DNA from: Octopus vulgaris
Taxonomy: Eukaryota
Direction: 5' to 3'
Assembly (NCBI GenBank): GCA_951406725.2
Contig: OX597818.1
Span: 49,166,001 to 49,230,000, forward strand
DNA: 64,000 nt
The position numbers and the translations under genes were made by a program. This document shows positions 51,743-63,644 of this stretch, in pieces. Positions within the stretch are counted from its first letter, which is position 1; every line of letters starts with the position of its first letter. The notes beneath the pieces were generated by a model that searched no databases, was not told the origin of the DNA, and worked only from the letters and a program-made list of their open reading frames with translations.

Positions 51743-53890
51743 CATTGAATTTGATTAAATTCACTCACAAGGCTTTGGTCAGTCTGGAGCTAAAGTAGAA
51801 GACATTTTTCTCAGGCTGGCATTTGGTAGGACTGAACCCAAAACCATCTGGTTGCAATGTGAGCTTCTTAACTACACAACCATACAGTTTTCATTTTCTA
51901 GTCTCTGTACTTTTGGGGACAACAGGATGGACTCTCAAACAGAATCAAAGTAGTGATTAGATTAGTTTGGTGGGTGGCACTGGGGGTGGGTTTGGTGCAG
52001 TCTGTATTACATCTTTTATTGGCTTCAGCCAGAGGCTGTGCCCTTGCTTGGGCATTGCCATTATACTGAGGCTGGTCTATATTTAATACTTTATCTTAAT
52101 ATATATTAATATATTCATCTGTTATCTAATGTTTGCTTAAATGTTGTGGTAGTGCCTCAGCATTAATGACACTGCTCCAGTATGGTCACAACCTCTGGCT
52201 GGAATCAATAAAAGAATAAAAGAAAGGTAAACACTAATACAAACAAAAGAAGTAGAAGAGTTACTTTCCATACTAACAGAAGGGAACCTATGAACCATTA
52301 AGAAGTGTGTATGTGGTCACACTGTCTGCTAAAAATAGTAGCCAAATCTACCCCGGTTGAAGCTCTACTTTCTTAATAAAAATGGGAAGGATGTATTGGA
52401 TAATGTAATGCTAGATACACTGTGCTGAAAAAAAAGCATAACAGGTTGGTCACATCTGGAACACTTTCGGTCATAAATCTACTTGATAAAGGCTGGCCAA
52501 CAGCATCAACATCATTGAAAACTTAGTATCCTGAGTTGCACTTTCTGTGCAATCAAGATGTTTTATATCTAAAGATGAGGTTAATAGTCTTGAAAATTAT
52601 AATCTTATTAATAACTCAACACATACATTTATATACATTTAAGCTTGATTTCTGGAATGGAAACTGTATTTATCTAAAAGATCATTGAAGTTACAGTTAC
52701 TACAGTTTTAGCAACATGAGTCATAAATACTGTGGTTCGTAGTAAGAACAGATTAAACATTTGAATTAAGTTTCAGAGTGTATCCTGTGCTCTGCAAATT
52801 TATTCTGTTTGGCTAATGTAGGCAGCAAAAGGAGGACTGGAGGGAGTTAGTGTAAGCTAATGGAAAATTTCATTAGAATGGTTTTCATTTGCCAATAGGA
52901 GCCTGGTGGGAGGTAAGACCATGCCCAAGTGAAAGCTGCTGGTGGTGGATAATTGCAAGGAAGAGGAGAAAGTTTCAGCCAATTGATTTATAACCAGTGT
53001 CTATCCTCTTTGAGTTTCTAAATTTATTGGTAGGAATGATGAAGGCAAAAGGATAAAATTTCAGATTTCCTAGTCAATGATCTTGGTGGTTATATCAAAA
53101 TATGGAATTTTTGTGATAAACACAGAATTCATTTTTCTTGCTTTGTTAGTGTATAGGAATATTGTGTCTATAATATTCTCCATTAAAGGGATGTTTGCAA
53201 TTCTGCTATACCTTAATTTCCAGATATGAGAAAGAGAAGTGTAATTAGCCCTTTCTCTACTTGAATGTATATGGTGGCTATGTTTGATCTTAAAAAGTAT
53301 TCGCCATAAATCTAGTGTAATTTCTAAGCCTCATTGGTGAAAGTTACTTGCTTTATAAACTATTGCTTCAGAGAGGCAGGTACATTTTACATAGTCAATT
53401 CCGGATAGTTCTGAAGTTAAAATCTAGTTGTTAGTATGGAAATGATTGGATGTAAGATTTGGGAAGCTATGCTATCTAGGAAACTATAACTTACTTTAAC
53501 ATTATTCTTGTTGAAAAACTTAATATTTATATGTGCATTTGTTTATTACTTTAGTTTTATTTCATTTTTATATCACAATTGTCAACAATAGCATTATTGG
53601 TTGTAGGTTTCTAATGGGCCAGTTATAGATTCAATATATTATACTGAGGGTGATAAAGGGCTATCTGTAATTTGATGCAGAACAAATATTGCAAGGGACT
53701 TTGTTAAAAAAAACACAAACCTCAAATTTTTGGCTTTCTTGCCAATGTTTGCACTCTTTGCCAGTATACTGAAAGATATGCACACACATGCACGTGCACT
53801 GAGATATTTCGCAGTTTCCATCTACCAGATTTCACTTACAAGGTATCGATCAATCTAAAGCTATAGTAGAAGACATTTGCCCAAGGTGCC

Positions 53891-54378
53891 TTGTACTTGT
53901 ACTTGCTTGTACTTGTGATGGCGTGGGTTGAGCCAGCTTCTTCTCTAGCCCTGATGGCATCACAAACCATGGCGGCCCACGCTCGACAGTCCTGTGCGAG
54001 GTCACTGGGGATAGCAAGCCATTCGCGGTTCCATCTGCGCAGACCGACCACCTGTGAACCTGAGAGTTCAGAGAGGTCCTCCTGTATTGTCGTTGCCCAG
54101 GTCTTCATCTGCCGGCCAGTGCATTTGCGCCAGCTGGGTAGTGGAGGTGGGAGGAGAACATCGCGAATCAGCTCACCCTCTGGACACTGGACCGCATGAC
54201 CGAACCACCTTAAGTGCTGTTGTAGAAGCACCGAAGGGAGAAGCCGGAGATTCAGGCGATGACAAAGACCGGCTGTAAGAACCTGATCAATGCGTCGGCA
54301 GCGAAGATTGCGGCGGAGACAGTCATTGTCGAACACCTCCAGCCTTCGCTGATCGACTACCCTCATAGACCATGATCG
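53891..54378 (-). mobile_element. RTE-type LINE 3' end inserted in a SINE-A copy
   Basis: RRLEVFDNDCLRR..LRWFGHA..KTW; (GTACAA)n tail; TSD aaggtgcc (53883-53890) / aaggtgtc (54379-54386). Confidence 0.9.
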
Positions 54379-54587
54379 AAGGTGTCATGCAGTGGGATTG
54401 AACCTGAAATCATGTAGTTGTCTGGACTTGAAACCACATGGTTATGAAAAGAACTTCTAAAGTGCAACCATGCCTGTGCTCAAGAAAAGTAGCAACCAAA
54501 GTTGGTACTTATCATTTAGAACTAATACTTGAATACAGTAAACTTTACACTGCACTAACAATAGTATGGAATCATGATTGGTAAATT

Positions 54588-54990
54588 ATCATCATCATCA
54601 TCATCAACGTCCGTTTTCCATGATGGCATGGGTTGGACGGTTCGATCAGGGATCTGGGAAGCCAGGAGGCTGCACCAGGCCCAGTCTGATCTGGCAGTGT
54701 TTCTACAGCTGGATGCCCTTCCTAACGCCAACCACTCCGTGAGTGTAGTGGGTGCTTTTTACATGCCAGGCGAGGCTGGCAACAGCCACGATTGGTTGGT
54801 GCTTTTATGTGTCACCGGCACTGGTATCACAACTGCAATTTCCATTGATTTTTGATCGATTTCGATTTCACTTGCCTCAACAGGTCTTTGCAAGCAGAGT
54901 TTTTGTGTCCCAAGAAGGAAAGGTATGCATAAGTGGACTGGCTACATCCCAGGTAGAGGCCACGGGTTACGGCCACGTTCGGCTTGTCCT
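54588..54990 (-). mobile_element. Family C 3'UTR copy reaching near the ORF stop
   Basis: Matches 14033-14460. Confidence 0.8.
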
Positions 54991-55359
54991 AACTCCCAAT
55001 TTTCCATGAGTCAGACAGAATTTTGTTGAGGAAAGTTTTCTGTAACTGGATGCCCTTCCTGTCATAAACCCTCATCTCTTTCCAAGCAAAGTAATATTCT
55101 CCCATGACAAGACATGTTTTCACAGAAGATTGGAAATGAAGGACACTGCTTGCTTGACAGTGGCACTTGTTTACGAATATCACCCAATATCAAAACAAAG
55201 AAGCAGTGAAATACGTATTAATTAAAGCTATTTTAAATCATTAAATTGTTTCTGTATATTACACATCATTTTTGTATTTGTATTGTTTTCTGTTTTTCTC
55301 CTATTATTTTTTCATGTCTTATATTTATTTCATTTGTTTGTTTATTTACTTTTGTGCAG

Positions 55360-55454
55360 GCCACTCGGTTCATGAATTCCCTTCCAGCTAAGAAAGGTCA
55401 ATTTATCATCCGCAAAAGCTCTAAGGGAAGCAACTATCTTTCAATCACTGTTGA
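55360..55454 (+). CDS. Exon B of SH2/WW-like protein gene (ATRFMNSLPAKKGQFIIRKSSKGSNYLSITV-)
   Basis: TGCAG acceptor, GTAAGT donor at 55455; GQFIIRKS matches the SH2 FLVRES motif including the phosphotyrosine-binding Arg; terminal GA joins A57537 to give GAA (Glu). Confidence 0.88.
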
Positions 55455-55644
55455 GTAAGTTATCATTTTTCTTTCTTTCTTTTTTGTCTGTATACAGTAA
55501 TGCCTTGATATACGAGTTAACTTGTTCCTGGAGGCTGCTTGTAAAGGAAAAAACTTGTAAAGCAGAGCAATAATTTCCCATAGTAGCAATGTTATAAATC
55601 AATTCATTCCCAGAAAAATATCTTTACCTATAAAATTTATAATA

Positions 55645-55694
55645 GACCAAAGCCTTGTGAGTAGATTTGGTAGACAGAAACTGAAAGAAACCCG

Positions 55695-55744
<50 letters not shown>

Positions 55745-55931
55745 TGTGTGTATGTGTTTGTCCCCCCCCCCCCCAATATCTCTTGACATCCGATGCTGGT
55801 GTGTTAACGTCCCCGTAACTTAGCGGTTTGGCAAAAGAGACCGATAGAATAAGTCCTGGGGTCGATTTGCTCGACTAAAGGCAGTGCTCCAGCATGGCCA
55901 CAGTCAAATGGCTGAACCAAGTAAAAGAGTA
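55645..55931 (+). mobile_element. SINE-A (5'-truncated)
   Basis: Family match. Confidence 0.85.
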
Positions 55932-56483
55932 ATACTCATAAATAAATGGCTGTAAAGCAACAGTAGAATGTAAAGAATATCTTAAGTAAAAAGAATGTGT
56001 CAAGATCAGTTATGATAAAAAATATGATCGTTTTTTGAATCACTTTCACTCACACACCATCACTTTTAGACGCGATCGCTGATTCACAAGCACTCATAGA
56101 CAGACTTGTAGATTTCTTTTTAAAAACAAGTCTAGAGTTGTTTGCTTAGCTTTTTACACTCTATAAATTTCTCTATAACATGCAGAAGCATTTGTTATGT
56201 TAGTAGAAACTTTTGCACTTTGTTCATCATCCATCATTTTGAATTCGAGTTTTTTACCCATTAACGGGAGTGGCTGGATCTACCTCAGTGCCATAGCAAC
56301 TGCCCTCATACCATCTCACCATCTTGCATGCTGTGACCATGCTGGGGTTTAGTCAAACAAATTGGCTCCAGTACTTATTTTTAAAGTGCCTTATTTATTC
56401 TATCAGTTTCTTTTGTTGAACTACAGGGATATGAACAAGCCAAAATTGAGTTGTCTGGCAGTGGGGTCGGGTAACAAGCACAG

Positions 56484-56516
<33 letters not shown>

Positions 56517-56891
56517 TATACAATGGGCTTCCACACAGTTTCCCTCCACTAAATTCACTCACAAGGCATTGGTCAGCTGGGGCTGTAGTTGAAGACATTT
56601 GCCCAAGGTGCCATGCAGTGGGACTGAACCTGAAATCATATGGTTGCAAATGAGATTCTTAACCACACAACCATATCTCTACATATATAATTAAATGTAT
56701 TTTCAAAAGTTATTGGTATTTATGAATAAACTTTTCATGTTAATTTCATAAATTTGGTTATTTTTTTTTCCACTAGCCACTAAAAAACTGCTACTAATTC
56801 TTAGAAAACTTTTATTAATTTTCAAATAATTTCTCTCAGTGCCAAACAGAAAACAGACTGAAAATTGCAAAAATTCTTGGTGTTTGTTTAA

Positions 56892-57432
56892 CCCTTTCGT
56901 TGCTGTATTTATTTTGAGAAGCTCTGTGTTTCTTTCAATTACTTTAGATATAACAAAGAATTTAGTAAAATAACTTAGTTATCATTCAGCTAGTGTTAGG
57001 AACATAAATTGTGACTAAGGTTTGGTGGAAGATTTCAATTCAAAACTTATGAAAACAAGACATTTGTACTATAGAGCCAGAGCTGAGTTTCATTAAATTG
57101 ATTTTAAATATAACAAAGAATTTAGTAAAATAACTTAGTTATCAATAAGCTAGTGTTAGGGAACATAAATTGTGACGAAGGTTTGGTGGAAGATTTTAAT
57201 TAAAAACTTATGAAAACAAGACATTTGTACTATAGAGCCAGAGCTGAGTTTCTTTCAATTACTTTAGATATAAAAAAAGAATTTAGTAAAATAACTTAGT
57301 TATCATTCAGCTAGTGTTAGGAACATAAATTGTGACTAAGGTTTGGTGGAAGATTTTAATTCAAAACTTATGAAAACAAGACATTTTTACTCAGAGCCAG
57401 AGCCAGTTTCAGCCGGGTTGGTAACAAAAGGG
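56892..57432 (+). mobile_element. piggyBac-like TTAA MITE family 1 with internal ~160-bp triplication
   Basis: One pair of termini enclosing three tandem copies of the body. Confidence 0.8.
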
Positions 57433-57536
57433 TTGAAGCCTTATTAATTATTTCATTGTGTGTTGTAATTCTAAAAATGACATCTCAATACATGGTAAAC
57501 AGTGACTAAAGTTTTATATTTTCTTTTAAATTACAG

Positions 57537-58245
57537 ATTGTCCAACCGTCACATTAAACATGTCAATATCAAGATTGTCAGAGACAGTCAGGGTGGAGAA
57601 TCATTTTGTTTACTCTATGAGCTTGGTAATTTCAAATCTTTGGCCTCACTAATTGAATACTATAAAGTTCATCCAATTGACAACATCGAAAAAGTACAGG
57701 ATGTGAAGCTACTTTATCCCATTATGAGAAAACCTTCTGACTCTGATATCATGGACGGAGTTGTTGAAAATTTCCATGGTTCTGTAGGCCTTCAAACTAA
57801 CAATAACCAGCAGGTAACTACACCTGATAACAACAACTTTTTCCTTGAAAGCCGTCCTCCTGCTGCGGTTCCACCGACTTTATCTAAGCAGCAAAATGTG
57901 GATGCAACACAGTCGAGTTTTTATTACACCTATGTACAAAATATGAACGAAGACCGCAGTCGGCTTTTATGGCAGACACTTAGAATGGAAGAAAGATGCA
58001 TGTGTGGAATACGCATACAAGATTCACAACTTCCTGATAATTTTACAGTTCACCAAATACAAGATTCAAATGGTTGGAGACTCTATTTCCAGGACCAGAA
58101 TAAAGTGACATCGTGGATTCTACCTGATCATGTCATTGAGAGAATGGAACCATTTCACTGGAATAACTTGACAAAGCTTTATGCCCCCAAACCATTACCT
58201 GAGTGGCTCCAAATCAAAAGAGCCATTTTAATCAGCAAAAAATGA
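57537..58245 (+). CDS. Terminal exon C: C-terminal half of SH2, linker, CxC and WW-like domain
   Basis: TACAG acceptor; 235 open codons to TGA at 58243; IKHVNIK..FKSLASLIEYYKVHPI..LLYPI fits SH2 betaD-alphaB; LPDNFTVHQIQDSNGWRLYFQDQNKVTSWILP (58030-58125) fits the WW pattern. Confidence 0.9.
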
Positions 58246-58342
58246 TCGTTGATTCTGTGATAGAATATTTGGATTTTATTTATTTTACCATTGTTGCTAA
58301 TGTCTGTGTGTCCTCAGTCACAATACTCTTTCACAAACCTGT

Positions 58343-58348
58343 AATAAA
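58343..58348 (+). terminator. Polyadenylation signal AATAAA of the SH2/WW-like gene
   Basis: ~100 bp after the stop codon, followed by a GT/T-rich tract. Confidence 0.55.
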
Positions 58349-58884
58349 CATTGTTTTTGTTTTCTAAGTGTATGTTATAATGAACATTTTAATAACTATT
58401 TCTTTTTCTGTTTTTTTTTCCTCATTGTTGTTAAATGTATCAATTACTTTGATGAGCCCTTTGTTTTATATCCCCTGTAATGGTTATTTCTTTCTGCCAA
58501 AAGCTATTAAAATTTTTAACTTCTGTGCAAAAGAGTAGTTTTCTGGTTGGAGTAGATGACTAAACACATTGTCATCTTTTGATGTAAGATCAAATTCTGC
58601 TAAATTTGTTTTGCCTTTAAACCTTCCAGGATCAATAAAACAGTTTGATACAAGGGTCAGTTGAACTGCCCCCATCCCATTCCATACAAAGCATTGATTT
58701 TTGTCTTTTCAATGATAATTTATCAATCACCTTTTGATAGGCTCTTTGAAAGCTTTTATTTAATTACACTGTTGAAATATTTAAAATATTTTCAAATAAA
58801 CTTAGTTACAAATGGATTAAATGCTAAAATTTTCAACATAAAGTTATATTAGATATAAATAAATAAATGTTTCTTCTCGAGCAA

Positions 58885-59105
58885 TGCCAGGCTCAGAAGG
58901 GCTGGTTTCAGTGGCGTAGAAATTCCCCACCTGGACGGGACGCTGGTCTGTCACAGGATTACTCATTTTTGCCAACTGAGTGGACTGGAGCAACGTGAAA
59001 TGAAGTGTTTTGCTCAAGAACACAACGCATCGCCCAGTCCAGGAATCGAAACCACAACCTTACGATCATGAGTTCTACACCCTAACCACTAAGCCACATG
59101 CCTCC
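58885..59105 (-). mobile_element. Third tRNA-derived SINE family (V/CORE-like)
   Basis: Minus TGGCTTAGTGGTTAGGGTG..GGTTTCGATTCC..GTTCTTGAGCAAAACACTT..CCCGTCCAGG; relatives at ~23315-23470 and ~32875-33075. Confidence 0.7.
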
Positions 59106-59352
59106 ACTATATTAGATATAATAAACACTAATTTGGGACTAAAAAGAGGAACTGGACTACTGACAGGACACAGCAATCTCATCAGTCGGTTGTTTGTAGT
59201 TTCTGCTTTAATATGAAATATCTCTTATCATATCCTTTCTGCTATTGGCACAAGGCCTGAAAATTTGGAAAAGGGGACTAGTTGATTACATCAACTTCAG
59301 TGCTCAACTAGTACTTATTTTATTGACCCCCAAACAGATGAAAGGTAAAGTT

Positions 59353-59623
59353 TTGCCCCAGCTCCCCTTCAGAGTTGGCGAAAGCGATGTGGTGGACAAC
59401 AAAAAACCTGGCTGATGACAGTCAAGGCTGATCTGGAACCCAACCTAGGCCCCCCCCCCCCCATATCTACGGCATTCGCTGCTGGAATAAGGAGTGGTTG
59501 GAGATCACGCGGTCGTTAGCCTCAAATCGCCAGGCCTGGTTGGCGTTTTTGGGAGATGCAGCATTGAGGATGAATGAAGCCAGCTCAACCCACCCCGGGT
59601 GAATGCTGTAAGAAAAAGAAGAA
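59353..59623 (+). mobile_element. RTE-type LINE 3' end inserted in a SINE-B copy
   Basis: SWRKRCGGQQKTW..WNKEWL..NRQAW; 13-bp TSD gaaaggtaaagtt (59340-59352 / 59624-59636). Confidence 0.85.
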
Positions 59624-59741
59624 GAAAGGTAAAGTTGACCTCAGCAGCATTTGAACTCAGAACATATAGACGGATGAAATGCCACAGAGTGTTTTGTCCA
59701 GTGTGCTAACAATTCTGCCAACTCACCGCCTTCAATATAAT

Positions 59742-60432
59742 AATGAAATTATTGTATACAGTGCTCAGGTGCAACACAACCTGTCAAAATGCGTATAAAG
59801 TATATGCAGTAATGTACAAATGTCTGGAAAGCGAACAGTATATGAGTCAGATACATGCTTGCGTGTGTATAGAGGGGAGAAAATCAGGTGTAGTGTTGGT
59901 GAATCTCAAGAAGCATGGAAGTTTTGAAGGATGCAGTGCTCCGACAACTAACAACTGATGCCAGCAGTCTGTTCCATGCTTCAGCAACTCTTAGCGGGAA
60001 AAAATGTTTCCGAAAGTCATGGGAGCTGTGCTGTTTTCTGACTTTGTAAACATGTCCATGAGTGTTAGACAGGTGGAGTTTGAAAAGGTGCTCGGAGTTA
60101 TTGTTTGTAAGATGGTTAATAATTTTATGGGTGTCTGCCAAGTCAGCTGCCAGACGTCGGAGTTTCAATGTGTCCATGCTCAGGGAAGTAAGGCATTCAG
60201 AATATGGCAAATGCCTGATGGAGAGTATTCTCTTGGTTGCACGTCGCTGAACGGCTTCCAGACGATTAATATCCTGGGCAAGGTAGGGGTTCCAGACCAG
60301 TGATGCAAATTCCAGGTGAGGTCTTACCATAGCTATATATAAAGCCGCATATAGATAGCCGGAGAGCGGCTCACAAAGGGCTTGGTGAGTGATGCCAAGA
60401 CACTCTCAGCCTTCTTGGCAATTTTAGCAATG
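59742..60432 (-). mobile_element. CR1/L2-type LINE 3' end (RT C-terminal region + 3'UTR)
   Basis: VRPHLEFASLVWNPY..DINRLEAVQRRATK..LRRLAADL..RKHFF..WNRL; 5'-truncated. Confidence 0.9.
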
Positions 60433-61163
60433 GGATATTAATGATAATATCTATCACCAGAAAAATATATATCACCAGAAAGAAGTATATATTTTATAAT
60501 TCTTTATTTTCCTTCTTCTTGTGCCATGTCTATGGGTGTCAGCAATCATGGAACCCTCTTTCCCATTCTAAATTCTGAAGATTAATGATTTTTATGGATA
60601 AAATATAGCAGTGGTTTACTATTCTGTCTCTTGAGGCACATGGCCTATTTAACCCTTAGGCAAGGGAGCTGGCTCTCATCACATCAAAGCATGCTCACAT
60701 ACACTGGTAGACCTGTGTGAACATGTCTAAGAACCAAACCTCCTCTGAGTCCTCTATGCCTAAACCACAAGATCATAGTTTATTTGACCAAAAATGGAGC
60801 CCTTAATAGGTACTGATCCAGACCTGAGCAGACCTGAGAATAGTGGTGCCTTAGGTGTTTTATTCTATTTGAATTGTTTTTATATACAATTTTTTTTCAA
60901 TAACCCATGCTAGCATGGAAAACGGACGCTAAACGACGATGATGATGATGATGATGTTCCTTACAAGAAATGGTATATTTTATGGTATTCTATTATACCT
61001 TGTGAATTTAAATTGTGACCTGTAATGGATATATTCATTTTTTCAGATTATGACTATCATATTCTGGAAATATATTTAAATCATATTATTTTTGTTAGAT
61101 ATCTTAAAACTTTTGGTGGAGTTCCTTAACATTATTGTCTCCTAAATTGTTTTCTATACACCA

Positions 61164-61515
61164 ACATCAAAAATCAATGGAAATTGTAGTTGTGATCCCT
61201 GTGCCAGTAGCACGTAAAAAGCACCATCCGAACGTGGCTGATGCCAGCGCTGCCTTGACTGGCTTCTGTGCCGGTGGCATGTAAAAAGCACCAACCAATC
61301 ATGGCCGTTGCCAGCCTCGCCTGGCACCTGTGCTGGAGGAACGTAAAAAGCACCCACTACACTCACGGAGTGGTTGGCGTTAGGAAGGGCATCCAGCTGT
61401 AGAAACACTGCCAGATCGGACTGGGGCCTGGTGCAGCCTTCTGGCTTCCCAGATCCCGGTCGAACCGTCCAACCCATGCTAGCATGGAAAACGGTCATTA
61501 AACGATGATGATGAT
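61164..61515 (+). mobile_element. Family C 3'UTR copy, 3 units
   Basis: Same core and tail. Confidence 0.8.
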
Positions 61516-61683
61516 GTTGGGTTTTTCAGAAATGTTTCATAATACAGTACACAAAAGTTTGCATAAATACTATTATTGTTATTTAACCCCAGGTCAGCCT
61601 TGATTAAGCAGTCTTATGATCAGAAGCACAGAGATGTTGGCCCTATTGCATCCAGGACTATATCATTTAATTTGTCTTCTCCT

Positions 61684-61841
61684 TTTAAGACAGTAGGGTG
61701 TGATCTGAGGGAAATTTGGCTACTATTTCTAGTACGTCGTACGACCATGTAGAGGCTCTATCTTTAAGATGGTAGGGTGTGATCTAAGGGAAATTTGGCT
61801 GCTATTTCTAGTATGTCGTACGACCATGTAGAGGCTCTATC
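61684..61841. repeat. 79-bp tandem duplication
   Basis: Units at 61684 and 61763 with few mismatches. Confidence 0.8.
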
Positions 61842-62280
61842 ATTTGTTTGCTATTCTAATGGATATGAAGAGAGTTTGATAAGTTCAGTTGCTGTGAAAA
61901 ATGAAGAATCTGGTTATTTCAAGCTTCACTCTTTGAGAGCAAGGAAGTGAGAAAGTTGTTGCTTAGCTCCTGGAAGGAAGGGACGTGGATGTGGGGAAGA
62001 AGAGGTGTGGCTGTGGGTGGGTGGATGGGTGGGATGTTGTGAATGAGAAAGGAAGGAGGCAAGACAGATGCCAGATGTGTATAGGGGTAGGGCAAGGTGA
62101 AGAGGAACCTAGGAATTGGCAAGGGACTTAGTAGAAAATGCTGATGCCTCCAACCAAGCAAAAGAAAAAAAGTGAGGAGTTTTAAGTAAAGTGAAGATTG
62201 GGGATGGTAAAGTAGAGATAATTAAAAGACAAAGAGCAACTATCATGACACCCCTAGCTTTGTTAAGTAACAGGTAAACA

Positions 62281-62383
62281 AATGATAATAATAATAGTAG
62301 TAATAATAATAATAATAATAATAATAATTAGTAATAATAGTAATAATAATAGTAATAATAATAATTAGTAATAATAATGATAA
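62281..62383. repeat. (AAT)n microsatellite
   Basis: Direct reading. Confidence 0.9.
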
Positions 62384-62610
62384 TCTTTTCTTTATTGGCC
62401 ACAAAGGCTGAGCACAAAACAATAAGGGTCAATGCAACACAAGGGACAAGTGGGGACACAAAGCCAGTTATTTCAGGGAAGTTGGTAAATTGATTTCATT
62501 ATTAACCCCAGTGCTCAGTTAGTATTTATTTCATCAGCCCCCAAAAGATGAACGGCAAATTTGAACTCAGAATGTAATTTTCGAAGTTATTATTATTATT
62601 ATTATTATTA

Positions 62611-62760
62611 TTGTTCAGGTCACTTCTTGGAATCGAACTTGGAATCTTGGGTTTAGTAGCCCACGCTCTTAACCACTATGCCATATACCCGTGGGCATAT
62701 GGCATAGTGGTTAAGAGCACAGGCTACTAAATCCAAGATTCCAAGAAGTGACCGGAACAA
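62611..62760. repeat. Head-to-head tRNA-like inverted repeat (2-nt spacer) between (TTA)n and (AAC)n/(AAT)n
   Basis: Reverse complement of 62611-62690 = GGGTATATGGCATAGTGGTTAAGAGCGTGGGCTACTAAACCCAAGATTCCAAGTTCGATTCC (A and B boxes); 62693-62760 is the same sequence with a 12-bp deletion of the B box. Confidence 0.85.
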
Positions 62761-62773
62761 CAACAACAACAAC

Positions 62774-62804
<31 letters not shown>

Positions 62805-62851
62805 TTGGAAAACACCTTAGGAATGAGAGCCCAGGTTCGAAATTTCCCCAA

Positions 62852-62897
62852 GACACCTGATGAAGGCTGGAGGGTATATCAGCTGAAATGTTGTGTT
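62852..62897 (+). ncRNA. Minimal type I hammerhead ribozyme motif with intact core
   Basis: gacac-CTGATGA-a-ggctgg agggtata tcagct-GAAA-T-GTT-gtgtt; predicted cleavage after 62892. Confidence 0.7.
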
Positions 62898-63644
62898 AAC
62901 AACAAACAAGATGAGGACAAATAACCATTGAATGTAAATAATGTACATGATTCCTCACCTCTTAAATATAGAACTGTGGCATAAAATTCTCTCTGTTCAA
63001 AACAATAACATGAAACTAAAGAATTGTATGTCAAGAGTTCTATATGAATGAAATATGTCCTTGAGGTCAAGGTTTATAAAAATGTTTTTCTTTGTTCTGT
63101 TGGACAAAAAAAAAAAGACTTGAAATCTCTTAAATAGGTGAAGCAATGACGAAGGAAAACACAAAGAAAGAACACTTAAAAATTGGGAATAAAATGTGTG
63201 AACAGTATAAGAAACCAAGGCTGTAGAAAACAGAAAAACTAACCCAAAAATCTACAGCAGGTTTGCAAACAAAGCCTCAATGCATTTTTTAAAGACAGTT
63301 GTTCTGTTACAGTATCTCAGAAAGGAGGAGGCTATTGAATGATCAGTTCAACAGTTTTTTTCTTCAGCATCATCATCATCACCATCATCATTTTTCCATG
63401 CTCGCATGGGTCGGATGGAATTCATTGCAGCAGGTTTTCTTGCAGCTGGATGCCATTCCTGTCACCGACCCTCACCTGTTTCCATGTAACATTATTTCCC
63501 CATGGCCAGAAGATTGAAAATGAAGAACACCACTTGCATGGCAATAACATTCATTTACAACTATCACACAATTCCAAGACAAAGCAGCAGTAACACGCTC
63601 ATTCACTAGCACCACACACACACCTGATGGGCTTTTTTCAGTTT

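Noticed and set aside
52800-53000. CCAAT boxes and a GTAAGA donor suggesting an alternative intronic promoter
   Set aside because: Motifs too short to distinguish from chance without expression data.
57502-57536. GTG-initiated N-terminus of the 247-aa ORF
   Set aside because: This is intron (polypyrimidine tract and acceptor); the exon starts at 57537.
62015-62033. G-quadruplex-type motif GGGTGGGTGGATGGGTGGG
   Set aside because: Within low-complexity purine-rich sequence; no functional context.
62611-62690. Functional tRNA gene
   Set aside because: Acceptor and T stems do not pair properly; treated as a tRNA-derived head.
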